Assembly: GCA_013265495.1 (NCBI GenBank)
Contig: MU058844.1
Span: forward strand, 13,290,184-13,354,183
DNA: 64,000 nt
Direction of reading: 5' to 3'
Origin: Vicugna vicugna
Taxonomy: Eukaryota
Below the pieces are notes generated by a model. That model was not told the DNA's origin. It worked only from the letters and a program-made list of their open reading frames with translations, and ran no database searches. Both the position numbers and the translations under genes were made by a program. Of this stretch, positions 63,330 to 64,000 are shown piece after piece (position 1 is the stretch's first letter; every line of letters starts with the position of its first letter).

Positions 63330-64000
63330 GTTTTAAATTCTGGTTAAAAACAAGTTTTGTAAAATTTACCATCTTAATCATTTTTAAGTGTGCAGTTCAG
63401 CACTGATACTATATTCACATGGTTGTGAAACAGGTCTCCAGAACTTTCTTCATCTCGCGGAACTGAAACTCTATATCCATTGAACAAGTCTCCCTTTCTC
63501 CCTTCCCCCAACCCCCAGTACCCACCATTCTGCTCTCTATATCTGTGAATTTGACTACTTTAGATACTTCATGTAAATAGAATAATACTGTGTTTGTCCT
63601 TATGTGGCTTGCTCGGGGTTCATCCACGTAGCATATGACAGGAATTTCTGCCTTCTTCAGTCTGCATACTATTCCATTGTTTTGTTTATCCATTCATCCA
63701 TTGGTGAACATTTGGGTTGCTTCCACTGTTTGGCTATTGTCAATAGTGCTGCTATAAACATGGATATGTGGATATTTCTTTGAGACCCTGCTTTCAATCC
63801 TTTTGAATATATATCCAGAAATAGACTTGCTTGATCACATGGTAATTCTATCTTGAATTTTTTTCAGGAACTGCCATACTGTTTTTCATAGCAGTTGTGA
63901 CATCTTACCAGTCCTATCAATAGTGCACAAGGATTCCAACCAGTTATTCTATTTTTTTTAAGTAGCCATCCTAATAGGTATGAGAGTATCATTGAGTTTT
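63330..64000 (-). mobile_element. L1MB-like 3' end running off the window
   Basis: aaaatttaccatcttaatcatttttaagtgt...ctccagaactttcttcatct...aactgaaactctata...cattcatccattggtgaacatttgggttgcttccac. Confidence 0.9.

Noticed and set aside
1..64000. CRISPR array, operon, tRNA/rRNA/snRNA genes or processed pseudogene of a cellular gene
   Set aside because: No regularly spaced repeats, no long ORFs and no recognisable structural-RNA or mRNA-derived sequence; the DNA is mammalian and repeat-rich

Overview
Mammalian genomic DNA, repeat-rich and essentially non-coding. No cellular protein-coding gene, RNA gene, CRISPR array or other prokaryote-type system is recognisable. The ORF track reads as chance ORFs, except broken LINE-1 ORF2 pieces at about 24.6-25.5 kb (-) and 53.3-56.6 kb (+). 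The window holds ancient eutherian repeats (MIR, L2, L1M, MaLR and MER21 LTRs, hAT DNA transposons MER5/20/58/81) plus younger cetartiodactyl-type L1 3' ends. I saw no Alu, B1, Bov-tA, PRE, CHR or Can-SINE, and there is one fragment resembling the camelid tRNA-derived SINE, so a camelid source is likely (inference). Most L1/LTR copies lie on the minus strand, which hints at an intron of a + strand gene. Best-supported oddities: an L1 3'-transduction with a perfect 15-bp target-site duplication (TSD); a 3.5-kb tail-less L1 inserted into a MER5; several ~65-nt L1-tip insertions with TSDs; a near-perfect 68-bp dispersed duplication; and a perfect 16-bp inverted repeat bracketing a candidate non-coding exon. 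I found no convincing novel multi-component system. Repeat subfamily names come from remembered consensus motifs, and boundaries are approximate unless a TSD is quoted.
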